A stretch of DNA of 61,669 bases, filler included, from Sphacelaria rigidula (lineage: Eukaryota), in the NCBI GenBank assembly GCA_964200075.2. It is 7 parts of 7 records of this genome, joined end to end, with 100 filler letters (N's around TTAATTAATTAA, not from the genome) between each part and the next. Parts side by side here need not be neighbours in the genome. Positions count along the whole stretch, not along the records: positions 35,300 to 44,023 come from CAXNAA020010270.1; positions 44,124 to 52,846 come from CAXNAA020010271.1; 5 more parts are not named here. One strand, 5' to 3'. This document shows positions 35,300 through 49,634 of this stretch, one piece after another (the stretch's first letter is position 1; the number at the start of each line of letters is the position of its first letter). Under the pieces are notes generated by a model. It saw only the letters and a program-made list of their open reading frames with translations, made no database searches and had not been told where the DNA came from. The position numbers and the translations under genes are program-made.

Positions 35300-38200
35300 C
35301 CAAAGCGAAAAATGCGCCACCCTTTTTTGCTCCAAAAACATAAGGGTCTACCCTTTTTTGTATATTGCCCTATCATGTATGTACTGTGTGAGTTCAGCAT
35401 TGCTGCTTCATTTGAGACAACAAGTGGGGGAAACTACCCTTTCGGTACTCGCCGCGTGGCATACGCCTCGCAGGCCAGCATATTCTTGCTTCATTTGAGA
35501 TGGCAAGCGGGGAGAATCACATTGTCGGTGTTTGCCGCATAGCACACGTCCATACGTGTCTCAGATCGACATATTCCTGCTCCATTTGAGACCCGTATGT
35601 GAGAAAAATCGCCTTGTTGTCGGTGCTGGCTATACGTGGTGTGTGCCAGCATTTGTCCTGTGTGGTGCATCTCCTTATCAGAAATGCCGCCAGTGGAATT
35701 ACTAGACAAGCGGCACTGCAAGTAGACAGAAACTTAAACGCGCGCAACACTGCCACCGGCTGCAGCTGATCTAGCGTGGCAGGGTCGTTGGTTGCAGAGA
35801 GAATGGAGTATGACACCAAACCGCCGGTACAAAAGCGGTGAAACCGTTTCTTGTTCACTCGAAATCTTGGTTTTCGACGTGATACCCTCGTTTCGTCGAA
35901 ACATTCAATACCAGAAGCTACAGTAGTGACACCCCCAGAGCAGACTCATATCACACTGCATATTTATGCCCATACACAACACAAAGGGTGTGTGGACTGT
36001 TATCTTCTTACCGAAGAAGACGTCACTGCGACCTTGCTTGTTTTTTGGGCTGGAGAAAAACTTGTGCGCTTTCGGCTATGACGAAACCTCGTCGTCGGTG
36101 CTGGTGTCAAAGGCTTGAGCCGAACACCATTGTTGCCGCCAATCCAAGGTTATTAGGACTATGAGTGTCGAGGAGGGCAGGTACTGAGGTAATCTTGGGA
36201 CGATGGCTGGTCGGACGGCGGCTGCTCGCTATCAGCAGGTGGGATCCCCACTGGACACCTCTTGACGCACTCTCTACCGCGTGATCACTGGTGGCCAGAA
36301 TAGCACAATCAATACCTTGAGGTGCAATGTTCCAGCTTTGATGCAGTCGCCAACATCTGTACGACGTACCAGGACGTTGTCGTGAGGTTGTGTATGTTTC
36401 CACAACGTATTTTGACCTTGCACAGAACCTAGTGACTCGATCACACAGCGTGGGATATTGCAGTGACGCTCAAAGGCACCCGTCTGATGGTCATCAGTAA
36501 TGCAGGCTCGCGCGTCTAAATCGCTCTGTATGTAGACTCGATCCGCCTGTCGAGTTTCATCAAATCAGTCCGACCTTGCGGGATTTATCTGCTGATACAG
36601 GGATGTCCGCACAGTCCGTGTTGGCGGCCGCATCAAGAGATAGAAAATGTGCACCGACAGTGAGTGGACATAGATGGAATGCTTCGGGTGCTTCGAGTGC
36701 TTCTATTGACTGTGCGTGTACTTAAGTTGCTTTCGCACGGGAACTACGTGTATTCCGTCCGAAGACCCCATATTGGAATGGTGGTGGAGTTCAAGATACT
36801 GGCACATTTTCATCGCATCAAACACGTTCAGTGCATAATCATGAACATGTATGTACTGAGTATTACGTGAGATACCGTTGGAGAGCAAAAACTTGAGAAA
36901 GCGATGAAGATATCTCTGGGGTAAGTGTTCGTAATACCTGTGCAATCTTGCGGTTTGCCATGTGCTACCTTCATACAAGTCGCGATTAACGTCAGGCCAC
37001 CCGAATCACATCACTTTCAGATTTTCCATATTTCCGTGCATCCAGTAGACACCTAGGCTCATTTGAAGCCATGTTTTCGGTAGATTCAGAGTCTGACCGC
37101 AGTTTTCCCGCAGATCCAACTTCGGCGCTCCTTTTGAAATCGCTACTCCAGGCTCAGAGTGAAGGCCTTCTGCGGCATTTTTATCACCACATATTGAAAA
37201 ACCGTGATTTCTGTCTGGGCTACGGTCCGCCCCACAATGATAATACAGCGCAATGATGATGCACTCGCTACGACATACTGCTCGAGAACAACCGAGCACC
37301 AAGAAGATCAAGTCCGGCGAGGAGAACGACATCTTGGTCATACCCATACCGCCTCCCCCCACGCCCGACGGCATGGCTGTGCCCGCCCCTCCATCCAACG
37401 CAACAGATTACCAAGAGCAGAGAAGCCTACGAGTCCCAACAAACAGCGTATCTTCATCGCGCGAGCCCAACAGCAGCGTCGTCACGCCGCTCTTGCCCAC
37501 AGTCGGCCGGCCCAAGCAGGGCCAGCAGCAATGATAAAGAATACACCACTGGCTCGGTCAAATATGCCGCACGTGTTCCTCGCTCGGCATCTCCTGGAGG
37601 GAAAGTGGGAGCTGCTGTTGATGGTGATGCCGGTGACATGGGAGGAATAGACAAGGGGATGGACCGGGCCATGCCCAGAAATGGCGATCAACACCGAGGG
37701 CCACCGTTTATCCCTCCGCCGCCGTTTAGCCGTAGAGTGGATGGAGCGACGGGGATGACACCAACAATGACATCAGGTATAGACGTGTTACGTATTCATC
37801 ATCTCACAGGCTAGTTCCACGGCTTGGAGACAAAAGTATTCCCGACAAGTCACTACTCGAAGTTTAAGAATCAGCACCTGAATTTTGAGGAGATATGCTC
37901 ATGAGATGTGCTCATCGAGCATTTATTGAAGGTCCACATTACTGCCGAAAGTTTTCCCACTTTTTTCTCGGAACTTGGTCAAATGTTGTAGGCGCTTCCC
38001 AATTACCTTTCTCCGACATCAGCTTCGAACGACGATGAGCTGGGTGTCGAAAAAGGTTCCGATGTTCTTGTATTGGTGTCCGCGACACGCACACCGTTTC
38101 TGAGACAACCGAGGAAATCAACTTTGTTCTTTTTTGCAGCAACCCATCCCCTAATTGCAGCCAATAGGTAGGTCTCGGATGTGACGGCAAAGTGCAACAT

Positions 38201-41200
38201 GATATGGGTACTCGAAAGATCGATTGAACTGCACGCCAAACGCCGGTTTGTAGGGAACCTGGTTTTTGAGCGGTGTCTTGCTGCTGCTCGGGCTCTTTCC
38301 CCCAGAGGTGTGTACTTCTCAAATAGTTGAACCAGCCTGTGTTTGTGATCTATTTTGCGGGTCAAGCCCACGGTCTACTTGATGTGCCCTTGACCTGGGG
38401 CAACGATACGGTATCTCCTTCATGAGGATTCTCAACGGAGTGTTCCGTTTCAGGCAGTGCACGATTTTGGCTCACCCTCAATGTGGGCCTCTAGGTTGAA
38501 TAGTGTAAGGTGTTTGCCACCGCGGGTATTGGCACTCTTCTGCCGGTGGCGCACGGTAGTAACATCACAGGATCATGACGCGATTATCACACCCCGTCCC
38601 TGGTAGGTCACTCCCGACGTACGTCCAGTAGAAGTGGAGATGCCACCGCCGCCCCGTATCCAGATCCACAAACAACCCGTGCGGCCTATCGAACACAATC
38701 TGCATGATTCACTCAAGTAATCGACTCTTTCTTGGACCGAAAATTGTTGATTTTGTCAATAATCCATAAACAGGCGTCCGCCGTGTTGGCGGTCGCCCTG
38801 GGCGAGCTCGTACGAGAGTGCGTCCGAGCAGTGCAGGCGCTCGAGTTTACGGAAAGCCGGGAACAGGGCGAGGGGTGGGTGGGGAGCCTTGCGACGGGGA
38901 TGTAGGGTCGGGTAGGAGGGCACAGGGGAATGCTCGGCCTCAGGTGTGCGAGTTGTTGCTCGGTAGATGAATATCTTCGAGGGCCGTGGAATGGAACTTA
39001 TAGTTATAAGTAAGGGATAATTGGTGATATAAATTCCGTACGAGATACATTCCGTGGGATACATCTAGTTGAAATGTATCGATGCTTGAAGTAAGTCAAG
39101 CAGTGTTTCACCCTTTCCGTCAATGCAAGCGAAACAGATTATACGGTGAACTTTTCAATACGTGAAACGCAGCAGATGTAATGGTGTTGAGATGCCAGCT
39201 CGTAATACTACACGACCCAGGCGTCAACTTACTGCGGAATGTTTTCGTACTCTGTTCCTACAGAAAATGAAATCATTGCATGAATACTTGCCCACGTACA
39301 CCCCAGAGACCTAGACCTAGATAAAGCTACGTATCAACAACCACGTACTACATTACTTGAGGGACATTGTCAGTAAGTATGACAAGCAGATGGTGTTGAT
39401 TCACGAGTCACCGGGAAATTCCGCTCGCGAGAGGTCTCCGGGTTGAACCGAATCGTACCATTGGGATACCGTAGATCCTAGGTTTGTATTCATCGATGAT
39501 GGCGCAGCCAACACTCAAATCTATTGGCGATCTGTTCTGGAGTAGTGCGCCGCCGTCACGTGAAAACCGCAGACACGAGCTGAGGCCGTAAGTACGAGCC
39601 AAAACAGCCCGCTCTATTGCTGATAAGGGACCCCCATTAGAGGTGCCACTGGAGGTCGGAATAACACGCGTTTTGACTTCATATATCGATAGAATCGGCC
39701 CATTATTCAATCCTACAGGGGCGGGTTCATACGCATAAAGACTTCGTTTTTGCCGAGAAGAATCGTAGATGAAAACGTCGAACGGCAGGTTCTCTTCAGT
39801 GCCGTTCGCGGGTATATATATCGTATATACCTTTAGTCTCCCGCTCGAGATATGCCGCTGACGCTGCAGACAGTAGCTGCTAGTACTACGGTATAGTTTA
39901 ATAACAACAAACTAACAACAACCGCTGGGAAATTAGCATACATTACGCGCGATGGTCGGAAAATGATATATGCGAAACAATGTGGAGGTGCACTGGCGCC
40001 GTCGGTTGTAAAAGTCGAAATGCACATGATGATGCGCGGACATTAACCAGTGCGCGTGAGTCCTGTACACAGCAATATAATCAGCGGCACCACTATACCA
40101 AGTGTATTGCTCCCAGAAGAAGTACCCGCCAATCATCGAGAAGATGCTACTCCATCCCAGCCTCGCATAAACGCTTTCATTTAACTTCTCATCTTGGATT
40201 TTCCTCCTCCCAGCACTACTCGTCGACACCAGCAGCATACTCTCGTGCAGCGGGCACCACATCCCCTTCTCGGCGTCCGAACTCGGCGGTTTACCGCAGA
40301 ACCGAGATATCTCTTTCCCCGCGCCGCCAGACGGTTGGCAGCACCCCAACAATGACATCCGGAGATACTGCGACGACGACAGGCGTAGTCCCCCCTCCGC
40401 GAAGTCAACGGGAGAGTGAAAAACGTCGCTGCGTAGGTGATCCTACCGCAGCAACAGCTACTGCGACGGCCGCAGGAGGTGTGGCGATTGTTGCCGCTGC
40501 AGATGAGGGCACGGAATGTCGACGGGAATACCCTGGATCCGCTCAGTACAATAAGGGACGCACGGTGAGGGTTGGCACGGGGCAGCCTCGGATACGCCCG
40601 CGGTCGGCGGTTGCGCGGGTGGAGACAACGGTTCACCACCAAGCAGAGGTAAGAACCCGAACGCTTTGAAATGGGTGCCGATATGAATTCCATAATTGAT
40701 AGGATATCGGTTTCCTTTTCGTACAACAGTGTCAGGACGGAGGTTACCGGGTTTGTCCGACTAGGCTGCGTTTCAAAATGCTATCAGCTGCTTTTCATCA
40801 TGGTCTTCGTGGAGCAGGGGTGGGGTATTCACGTTATGAATGTTCTCACTACCAGGCCATCGACCACGCGTCCTTGGCAGGATAGAGCATTCGGTCACAG
40901 CATAGCAACGACCGATGGCCAATCGCACCTGCTCGCCCACCTGCGGTCGTGTGGGGGGGGATAGGTTTCGTATCTCTAGTATCAGAACCCATCGCTGCAA
41001 ACTAGTACAACTCGTTGTGAACAAGTGAGCTTCCATAACTAGCGCACAAACTCTACGGCTTGCACGTTTTGTTGAGCAGGTAGAGTGCACTTTGAAATAG
41101 GTCGGTGTGCTTTCGAACAAGGTTTGCGTCGCACACTACTTCGCGGCGGGCGAGCAAATAATAATCACGTGTGGGATGGATTACCCTACCGGCCGCAGTT

Positions 41201-42929
41201 TTTGGTGTAGGGGTTTCCTGAAGAGTGTTGCTTTATCGCGGAAACCACATGATTCAGTAGGTTGATATACGGATCTAAGGTGCCGCTCCGAACCGCAATG
41301 TGTGCTGAAATACTGGGGTCTCGGTATATGGGCATCTACGTCAAATTGCTTGTGCTTATCGTTACTCCTGATGTTCGTCCGGCCGAACCATCCCCTGATA
41401 ATTTGTCGGATAATATATTTCAAGACATCATCACCGGTGTCAAGGACGGAACGAGCGACCGGGGTTGTCTCTGCAACGTTTAAAGCAGCCGAAGCTCTTC
41501 TTGGCGCCGAAAAATACAGAAAGCCCGATGGGGCAGCGGTAGGCGGCGGCTGCAGCCGTGGAGGCGGGGCCATCGGTACGAGCTTTAGGCGGGCACGGCC
41601 TGTCCCTCGCCCTCAGTCCGCGGCGACCAGGAGAAGCCCCACCATGGGAAACGGAGGTCACCGGTAATGACAATTGGGCTTGTCTTAGGGGGGCGGGGGA
41701 GACAAGACCTGAAGATTATCGCCAAATATACACTAAAGTAAAAGAAACCGGAAAATGCGCCCAAAACATAGCGCCTGCGATGGTAACTCGAGAGAGGCCC
41801 AGCAAACGGCGGACAACGTTTGTCAGAGTGGTAGCCACGGTTTGAACTCGGGTTTTCACGAACGAAAACGTAGAGGTACGATGTGTTGACTCAATCGGTC
41901 TCTTGAAGGGCTGTGCAGGTTGACAAAAACGATACTGGGCACTGTGTACACATGATCGTAGATACTTGACAATCACTGAATGTACTCAACGATCCCTAGA
42001 GAGAGGACACCTTCCTCCATCGATCTCCTGTTCGTGTACGACGTCTAGGCCCTCAGAAGATCCGAGGGGCACGGCTGGAACGTCTTCCGTGTTGTTTGAA
42101 ATACTTTTGTTGCGTCTTCGATTCCCACGCAGGAGTCAGCGCGAGAATATGGAGAGAATCATGGCGAGAATATTCCAGCAGCGGAGAACATGGGTCGGCG
42201 AAAAAAAGCCACCATCCTCTCGAAACGGTACTGCGAAAGGAGCACTTGCAGGTACTGTTTCCGTGGGCAAGGTTCCGCATGATCTCTCCTATACCGTTCA
42301 TCATACTGTAGGATATCCCACGCTCGTGTTCTACGTATTCGCAGTTCGTCCCGGCAGTATACTTTCGTTGTAAGTGCAAGCAGAGAGTAACCGAAACGGA
42401 AAACACAATCCGAGGGTGCCGTGTTCAGCCTAGAGCATGGCAGATATCGTTCTATGCCTTACTTCACGACGGACACGATGCCTCCTCTTCATGCAACCAC
42501 ACGTGTGCAGCCACTACCGCCCGTGCCTGGTGCTTTCAGACTATACAGCAGAACACATTACACCCGTGACTGGCCAAATTCCACGGTTCGATGATGTTCT
42601 AAAGCCTCTACGTAAGTTAGACACTGCGTACGGTGACGTTGGGCATTCCCGGTATGCAAGTGCGATGGACAGCCCTAGGATCCATCCCTAGCACACACAA
42701 GGCGATGGTACTGAGCCCCCTTGCCACTCTCACTCAGTCGCACGTGCCAGGTACGAAACTCGGCGTGGTATGACACCCCGAGTATCTATTCTTCACATCA
42801 ATCTTCAAACCCTAGTGCAAGCGCCACGTTTTCCCGGCGCGCTCGGCAGAATACTAGCGATATATCGGCATTGTGACTAGTGATATACATCCATATCCAA
42901 AAGCCTGTCTCTCGCAACTCCATCTGGAA

Positions 42930-43496
42930 CAGGGGAGGAAAAAGATTGGCTTCAGCCTTCATCCCGGAGTCGGCCGCAATCAGCGCGGCTCTTCTCGACA
43001 GCCCCGCTGCACACAGTCCCCGCTACAGTGCCCACAAAAACTTCAAGCGCATCAAGAGCTAACGCCCCCCAGACCGCCAAACCCCACATTTGGAGGCAAG
43101 CGGCACGGCCAAACGCAGTGAACTTCGCAAATTCCGCGGCAGTGGCAGCAGCAGCAGCTGCGGCAAGGCTCGGGCGGGGTAAGCCCCCCGGAACTATCGA
43201 TTGCGATGATCATGGAGGGGCAGGGTCATACTCGCGTCTCTTCGGGTTGAAGCATCCGGGATCGTCTAATCATAGACGGGTGGGGGTTGATCCCCTTGGG
43301 GAATTCAAGAAAGAACATTATCGAGTCTCGATGGCAGGCAGTACATATGGTATTGGGATGGAGAAGACAGGCGACGGAGGGGCGGGGGGCGTGTCAGTAG
43401 AAAATGACGAGGGTGGTGTGAGTGAAGCTGTCGGCAGGGGGGCTGGGGCTGGGGCGATGGGGGTGCTGAAGCCAGGAAAACCTGCAGCGGTCGAGG
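42930..43496 (+). CDS. Possible exon(s) of an uncharacterised low-complexity (Ala/Gly-rich) protein, possibly frameshifted
   Basis: Open frame 43028-43534 with coding-like composition and a GAG|GTAAAC donor. The upstream CAG acceptor opens a different frame. No recognisable domain. Confidence 0.3.
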
Positions 43497-44023
43497 TAAA
43501 CGTACCCGGTCCTCTACACAAGAAATTCTCATGACAGTCGCTCTGGCCGTACTGACAACTCGGTCATTTTCCCGTGTATTTGTCGAAAAGGTTGGAATTG
43601 ATGGCCATTGCAGTCGTGTCGTCTTTCGTTTGTGCAGTTTTGGTCGATGTCAATGCGCTTCTTTTCCTGTGTGAACGGATTCGAATGGCGTGCTTGGGAG
43701 CGCTGGAGATACCTGGTGCCTTAATCTTACCATTATCGTATCCTTGGCGAATATCATTCCTGCGGCATCGATTATCGATTAGCTAGGTGCTTCGACTGAT
43801 TTTTTCGTGTCCCATTACGATAGCAAAAATGTCTGTAATGCACCTGTTTCTATAGCGCCACGATGACAAGAAAACACGAATTGTTCAAAAACGAGGGTCG
43901 AGTTATCAATGTGTTCCCATGCTGCCCAGATTGAAGGATTCGATTGTATGCCCCCCCTCCCCCCCGTGGTTAGACACCCATGAGGCAGTGTACGAGCCGT
44001 GGCTGTCTCTGGAAGTGGCGATA

Positions 44024-44123
44024 NNNNNNNNNNNNNNNNNNNNNNNNNNNNNNNNNNNNNNNNNNNNTTAATTAATTAANNNNNNNNNNNNNNNNNNNNN
44101 NNNNNNNNNNNNNNNNNNNNNNN
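44024..44123. other. Artificial contig spacer
   Basis: 44 N + TTAATTAATTAA + 44 N. Confidence 0.98.
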
Positions 44124-44421
44124 GGGGGGGGGGGGGGGGTTTGGGTGGTGGGGCGGGGGGGGGTGTGTGTGGGGGGGGGTGTTGGTGGTGGGGGGGGGGG
44201 GGGGGGGGGGGAAGGGATACGACAGTACGGGGGTTGAGCTACAAGTCTCATGTGTGGTGGGAGCATCGTGAGGGTACCATCGGTCGTGACAGTATTTAGG
44301 ACGTCTTCAGCAACGGGGTCGTGTTGACTTCTTTTCATCCAACTGCAGAACACAAATATTACCCGAAATAACGAGCTGTCGCGAACAACAGAAAACAACA
44401 ACAACAACAACAACAACGTAC

Positions 44422-46897
44422 CCGCGCGACATTGTGGACCATGCGAGCAGCACCGTACGCCCCTCTGGCAGCCCGGGTAAATCTATCAGGCCTAGGAGCA
44501 TTTCCCGTGAGGATGCCGGGGAGATCTGGGTCAGGCGCTAGCTGCCCTGTAACTCCTGGGGCACGTTGCACTCGCGGAGTTGTAATGTCAGGGCGCTTCA
44601 GCGCAAGACCTAAGTCGTGCCAAAAAGAGGGGGGTAAAAGAAGGAGGGGGAACGGAGGACATTGCGGTGTGTTCAGGCGTTGAACAATTCCATACCTCTG
44701 GGTGACAGAGCACTACATCCATTTCAGTATTGATGGAAGTAAGGTACACACAAGGTCAGTTCGACAAAAGTCCTCGGTATGGGATGGTGTCCGGGTTGTA
44801 TGCGCGCAGCGTCCACGGGTTGCCGCGCGGAGCGGACTAGTTCCGATCGTCATGGAGAATAACCATATGGTTCAGTTTTTGTGTTGGAACTCAAGCTTTT
44901 CAAATCATCACTACAATACACCAGGATAAATTGTGTTTTGGGACTGAAATTCTGTTAATGGCACTCCCCACAAAAACAGGTTACTAACCCCGTATCACCA
45001 TAACAACACAAGGTTGCGGAGAAATGATTATTGTGAATAACATGATTATTTCACCAGTAACCATCATATGAATATGACGAGGAGCCTTTGTAAACAGCCC
45101 TACCGAGTATTTTTTCTGTTTAAACGTCTCCCCTCCCCCCGAAACAACAACTTCCCCTCGCAAACGCGATTTCTTGCACCACTTGCCTGATGAAGGCTGC
45201 CATGGGATGGACGCGCGACAGATGGGACAGAGCAGCGCTGACCCTGAGGAGTTGTTGAGATACTGCTGAAGACAGGCTGCGTGAAAGAAGTGCTCGCACT
45301 CTAGTCTGGTTGTACAAACAAACGGCCGCGGGCACAGACAGCAATACAAGCGGAACACACGAGCTCGCTTTGAAAAAAAGTTCACAGCACATTTTGTGTG
45401 AACAAATGACGAGCGTGCGCATCATACCACATCATACTAGGGGCACATATGCTGTTGTCAAGGCCACATTTTCGAGCTCAACATCGGGGTGCTCATCAAG
45501 AGTTCGGCATTCGATAGATGCACAATTGTACGAAAATCACATTGGTCAACTTGGATTTGGGCGGGGAATGCATGGTAGCGCAGAGGATGAGAAAACAACC
45601 GTCCACGGGGGTGGTTTCTACCGTATATTTGGAAGGGTGGTATTCACCGTTTCGGCCCATAACGTGCGAACGGTAATACTTTTGGACGCCATCAAGGTAT
45701 TTTTAGGATACCTCGAACATGAAGATGAAGATACACAACACAGGTCTCCACCCGGGATTTGATGCACGCATCTCTCACCAAAACCTCATCACACGAGCGG
45801 TATCTAGCGTTTTGGTCCCTCACACACGAAGGGCGATGTACGTAAACACACCAAGCCTTTGACAGAGCGTGTGAAATATCAAGTATTAATCTCCGACCCT
45901 CTGTTTCTCCCCACCCGGGGATGAAACAGCTCAATCCCCTCCCTGAACACGGTCGGAGGTGTTATCCACCGTTGCGGCTGGTTTCATACGCATTTACACA
46001 CGAATGGGAATGCCCCCGAACACGCAGGGGGCATCGTCATCGCGTATCACCCCTACTCTACTGCTTTGTGGCCCCCTCGTCCCCCCATCCCTTTTCCCGG
46101 GGGACGAAATCAACGCATCCCCTCCTCGAACAGTCGCCGCGGGAACCAGGTGTTATCCGGACGTTTTGGTCATTTGCGGCTAGACAATAATCAATCTCAA
46201 CACGTGACTGGTACTCATAGCGAGTCTACAATCTATTCTAACTTATGGTACTTCGCTTTTCCCCCCCCCTTAACGGGACGACAGACCCTCCGGGGGAGAT
46301 GTCGTCGCATACCCCCCCTCGCTCTCCAAGTGTGCTCAGGGGTTACACCCTACCTTCAGGACTTGTCGAACACGAATGACGATGCCCCTGCACACGCGGG
46401 AGACATCGTTACAACGTGTCACCCTACCCTACTGGTGCATGACCTTTCCCGCACCTCACCCTCCGTAGCGGGGATGAAATCAAGGCATCCCCTCCCCGAA
46501 CAATCTCAGCGGGAAAGGCGGTGTCATCCAACGTGTTAGCCATTTGCAGTCGGACAACAACGAGCCTGCAACACTTGACCGGTACCGATTGAACGCCTAC
46601 AGCCCACCCTAATTGATGGCATCTTCCGTTTTCCTGCATGGGACAACACAACCCCCGGGGTAGATAGCATTCCACCCCCTTTGTAAGCGCGCACGGAGAT
46701 AATAGCCTGCCGCCAGCCCAATCCGCATCCCACCTTTTGGCCGAGGTCATGGTCTTGAGACAAATAGCGCATGCCTCATCCTCGGGCATCGCTTTCAGCT
46801 CTTGCTCAGTCGCGTCTGGGAAAGCAATATCCATCTCCTTCGCCAGGACGACCTTGCGCGCCTGCTCACGGCGAAACGCACACACATTCACGCACTC
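44422..46897 (-). CDS. RING-H2 E3 ubiquitin ligase (HRD1/AMFR-like), exons 46734-46897, 45187-45305 and probably 44422-44609
   Basis: Spliced MDIAFPDATEQEL...DEACAICLKTMTSAK|RLECEHFFHAACLQQYL...CPICR is a C3H2C3 RING-H2. The preceding FPDATxxEL motif is typical of the Hrd1/gp78 family. Confidence 0.8.
45905..46562 (+). repeat. Degenerate direct repeats in the RING-gene intron
   Basis: GGGGAYGAAA...ATCCCCTCC..GAACA at ~45917, 46100 and 46470. The latter two extend to GGTGTYATCC..CGT..T.G.CATTTGC.G...GACAA. Confidence 0.65.
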
Positions 46898-49540
46898 CTG
46901 TAAAAGACAACCACCTACTGTTTCGAGATCGTTGACCTAGGTGGGGGGACGTCACAAATCTCCACATCGCACATTTGAATACATCCAAGCAAACCGATGG
47001 TCTGTACGCCCCGCCCTGGTGGTCCAACGGTACAACGTACACCATCAGGTCGGGAAAATACTACTTCAATTCCGGGCAGATGCAAGTAGATTTTTTCTGA
47101 AAAATACCTAATTTCCTGAGGACATTAGTAAACAAATATATATATATATATATATCATCATTTGACGAGAGCTAACGCAGAGCGGAAGTGCAAATCCGAT
47201 CCGTGATACCAAAACGTTGGGCTTGTACAGGGGGTGAGACAGGTTCGTCTCTGAAGACCACGGACTCGTCCAAAAGACTGGGACAGGGTGAAAAAGTGCC
47301 AAGAGACATAAAAAACGTCTCGAATGTCGCTGCTTCGGTAATCCCCCACATCGAACCCGTGCAACACAGGCAGCATACGCAATACAGGTAGTCTAACCAC
47401 GCTGGACCACCGACTCATATTTCAGGTCATGCCACGAAATCTTGAAGCGCTCCATCAAGCTTTAGGGACGGGTTGAATCTGAAATCTCGTTGATCTTGAA
47501 GACTGGGCAATTTCTGGATGATGGCAATCACAATAGTACGCGCGTGGACAAGCTAGTCGCTGTGCAGTTACAATTCTGGATGAGTTCCTCGCGATGGCGT
47601 AAACGTATATTTGGATTGTTATCTGGATGTTTACGGCGGACTGAATTTGCAGCGGGATAGAATGTACTCGGTAACTTCCAATCAGATTGCTCCATTCTAC
47701 TCGGGAGACAGCCGGAGAGTAGTCTAAAACGTAGTGTTCGTGCGGTCTAATCTCACGGCCAATAGCGCCCGCACTCACATGTTCCATCACGGCACAGTAC
47801 AGTACACTACAGTACACTGTCAAACACAGTGCCGCACAGCACTAGCCAAACACGACGCCGCAGCAGCGGGCAGCGCCTTGTTTTACGTAAGACGAAACAG
47901 CCAATACCCCCATGAGGTTTTCAACAGTGTGTAGACAGCACGGCGTGCCGACTGACATCATTTTCTGCAATGACGGACACAACGGCAATATCGCAGCTCA
48001 GGCAACCCAAACCACGTTCGCAATGGGTAAACACACCACAGTACAGTGACAACTCCAGCGAATGTGAGAGCGTGAGTGTCTTGTTGCTGCGGTACAGTGA
48101 AACAGGACATGCCCCACGCTTTACTCTTCCCACTGATTTTGAAGTGACCCTCAATTTTGGGTGGGTGCCGAGTCGAACGTTCAGTCATGATCGCGATTTT
48201 TTTTTTCCTGCATTGAGTTACCCCTCTTTGTGCGTGGGAGGTCTGGCTTGTGTTGTGGGCTTCGTCTGCCAACATAATCAAGTAAATTCTGTCCCGGTAC
48301 ATCTTCAATTCGCCATATGTTTTCACGGATCTCGGCGGCACGTTGTGGAGGATGACCAAAATATTCACAGCACAGGTCATAGAATACATTGCAGGCAACA
48401 AACCGGGTGACACTCCTCGCTGTTGTTAGGGAGAGCCCATGATCTCCGTGTCTGGGTATACTCGCTGTGCGCGCACGGGCGCAAGAAAGGGTATCCTATT
48501 CCCAGGTGAAGAACGGGAGACAAAGTCCAAAGACTTGGATTCGTACTGCAGTGGTGGTGGTTAGAACATCGGTTTCTCACCGAACCTTGGGTTTCTCGGA
48601 ATGGGGTCCAGCGTGGGCGCACTATTTTCAAGTGACAACATATCGATATCAACATGTAAGAGTTGACCTGAAAACATAACCCCGGTTTCAGTCTCGAGCC
48701 GCAAACGTGACACACCCCATACTCCCTCCATGATAGCTCCCATTCGCAGATAATTCGCTTCGGATGACCAAGTGCCAGGTCACCGACTTCGTGGTCACCG
48801 CCGGGTATCATCATGGTTTGTGTTTGGAGAAAACGTATTCCGGAACAGAAGAAGAAAAAAAAACAGTTTCGAGCAGTGTGTGCGCATCATCCAGCGGCAT
48901 CGCGCCTATCGCTTCCCGGCTCCAATATTTACACGAGAGTCGTGCGCCATTCAAACATGGCCAAGACAGAGTCGTACCGGGTGCGAAGGCGGTCATTCGA
49001 AAGGTTGGCTTGTACAGTAAAAGCCTCGGTTTCTACCCATAGAAAATGTACAGCGACGGAGACAGTGCGGGAGAAGTATTTCGCGGTTTGCTGCTCGTAC
49101 TTTGGACACATGTCGAGGTCTATGCCGGCTTCGCAATCAACAATGTGGCATGACTGTCAGGCTAGGTGTTGTTTTCCTGCCCTGTTGGAACACATCCCGA
49201 GGTTTCCACCCTACTGGCATCACCATCGTCACCTCACCTCGTCTCCATCTTCGATACCAGACCAAATCGAACAACCCTCTACCGTTGACCAAGTCTCCTC
49301 ACCAACCCAGACTCATCAAGAGGCAGACACCCAGGCCCCACACATCCACGGGAAGCTGTAGCCCTTACTGCGCATGGTTTCGTCAACAAGCTCGGGGGCC
49401 TGATACAGTGACGAGCCACAAGAGGTTCGGGACGGTGCCAAGGAAACGACGACATACTTCATGTACTCATGTACTTGATGAAGTATGTCATATTTTCCCT
49501 AGTACCCTCCTGAACCCCTTGTTGCTCGCCATTGTATCAG

Positions 49541-49634
49541 GCTCCCGAAATTGTTGATGGAACCATGCGCGGTAAGGGCTACGGCTTCCCCGTCGACGTA
49601 TGGAGCATGGGCATATGTCTATTCATAATGCTCG
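49541..49634 (+). CDS. Ser/Thr protein kinase exon (subdomains VIII-IX, CAMK-like), possibly a pseudogene relic
   Basis: CAG|APEIVDGTMRGKGYGFPVDVWSMGICLFIML|GT contains the APE and DVWSxG motifs. No intact neighbouring kinase exons were recognised. Confidence 0.7.

Noticed and set aside
26476-44023. Endogenous giant-virus (phaeovirus) insertion
   Set aside because: No long intronless ORFs or NCLDV hallmark motifs were recognised.
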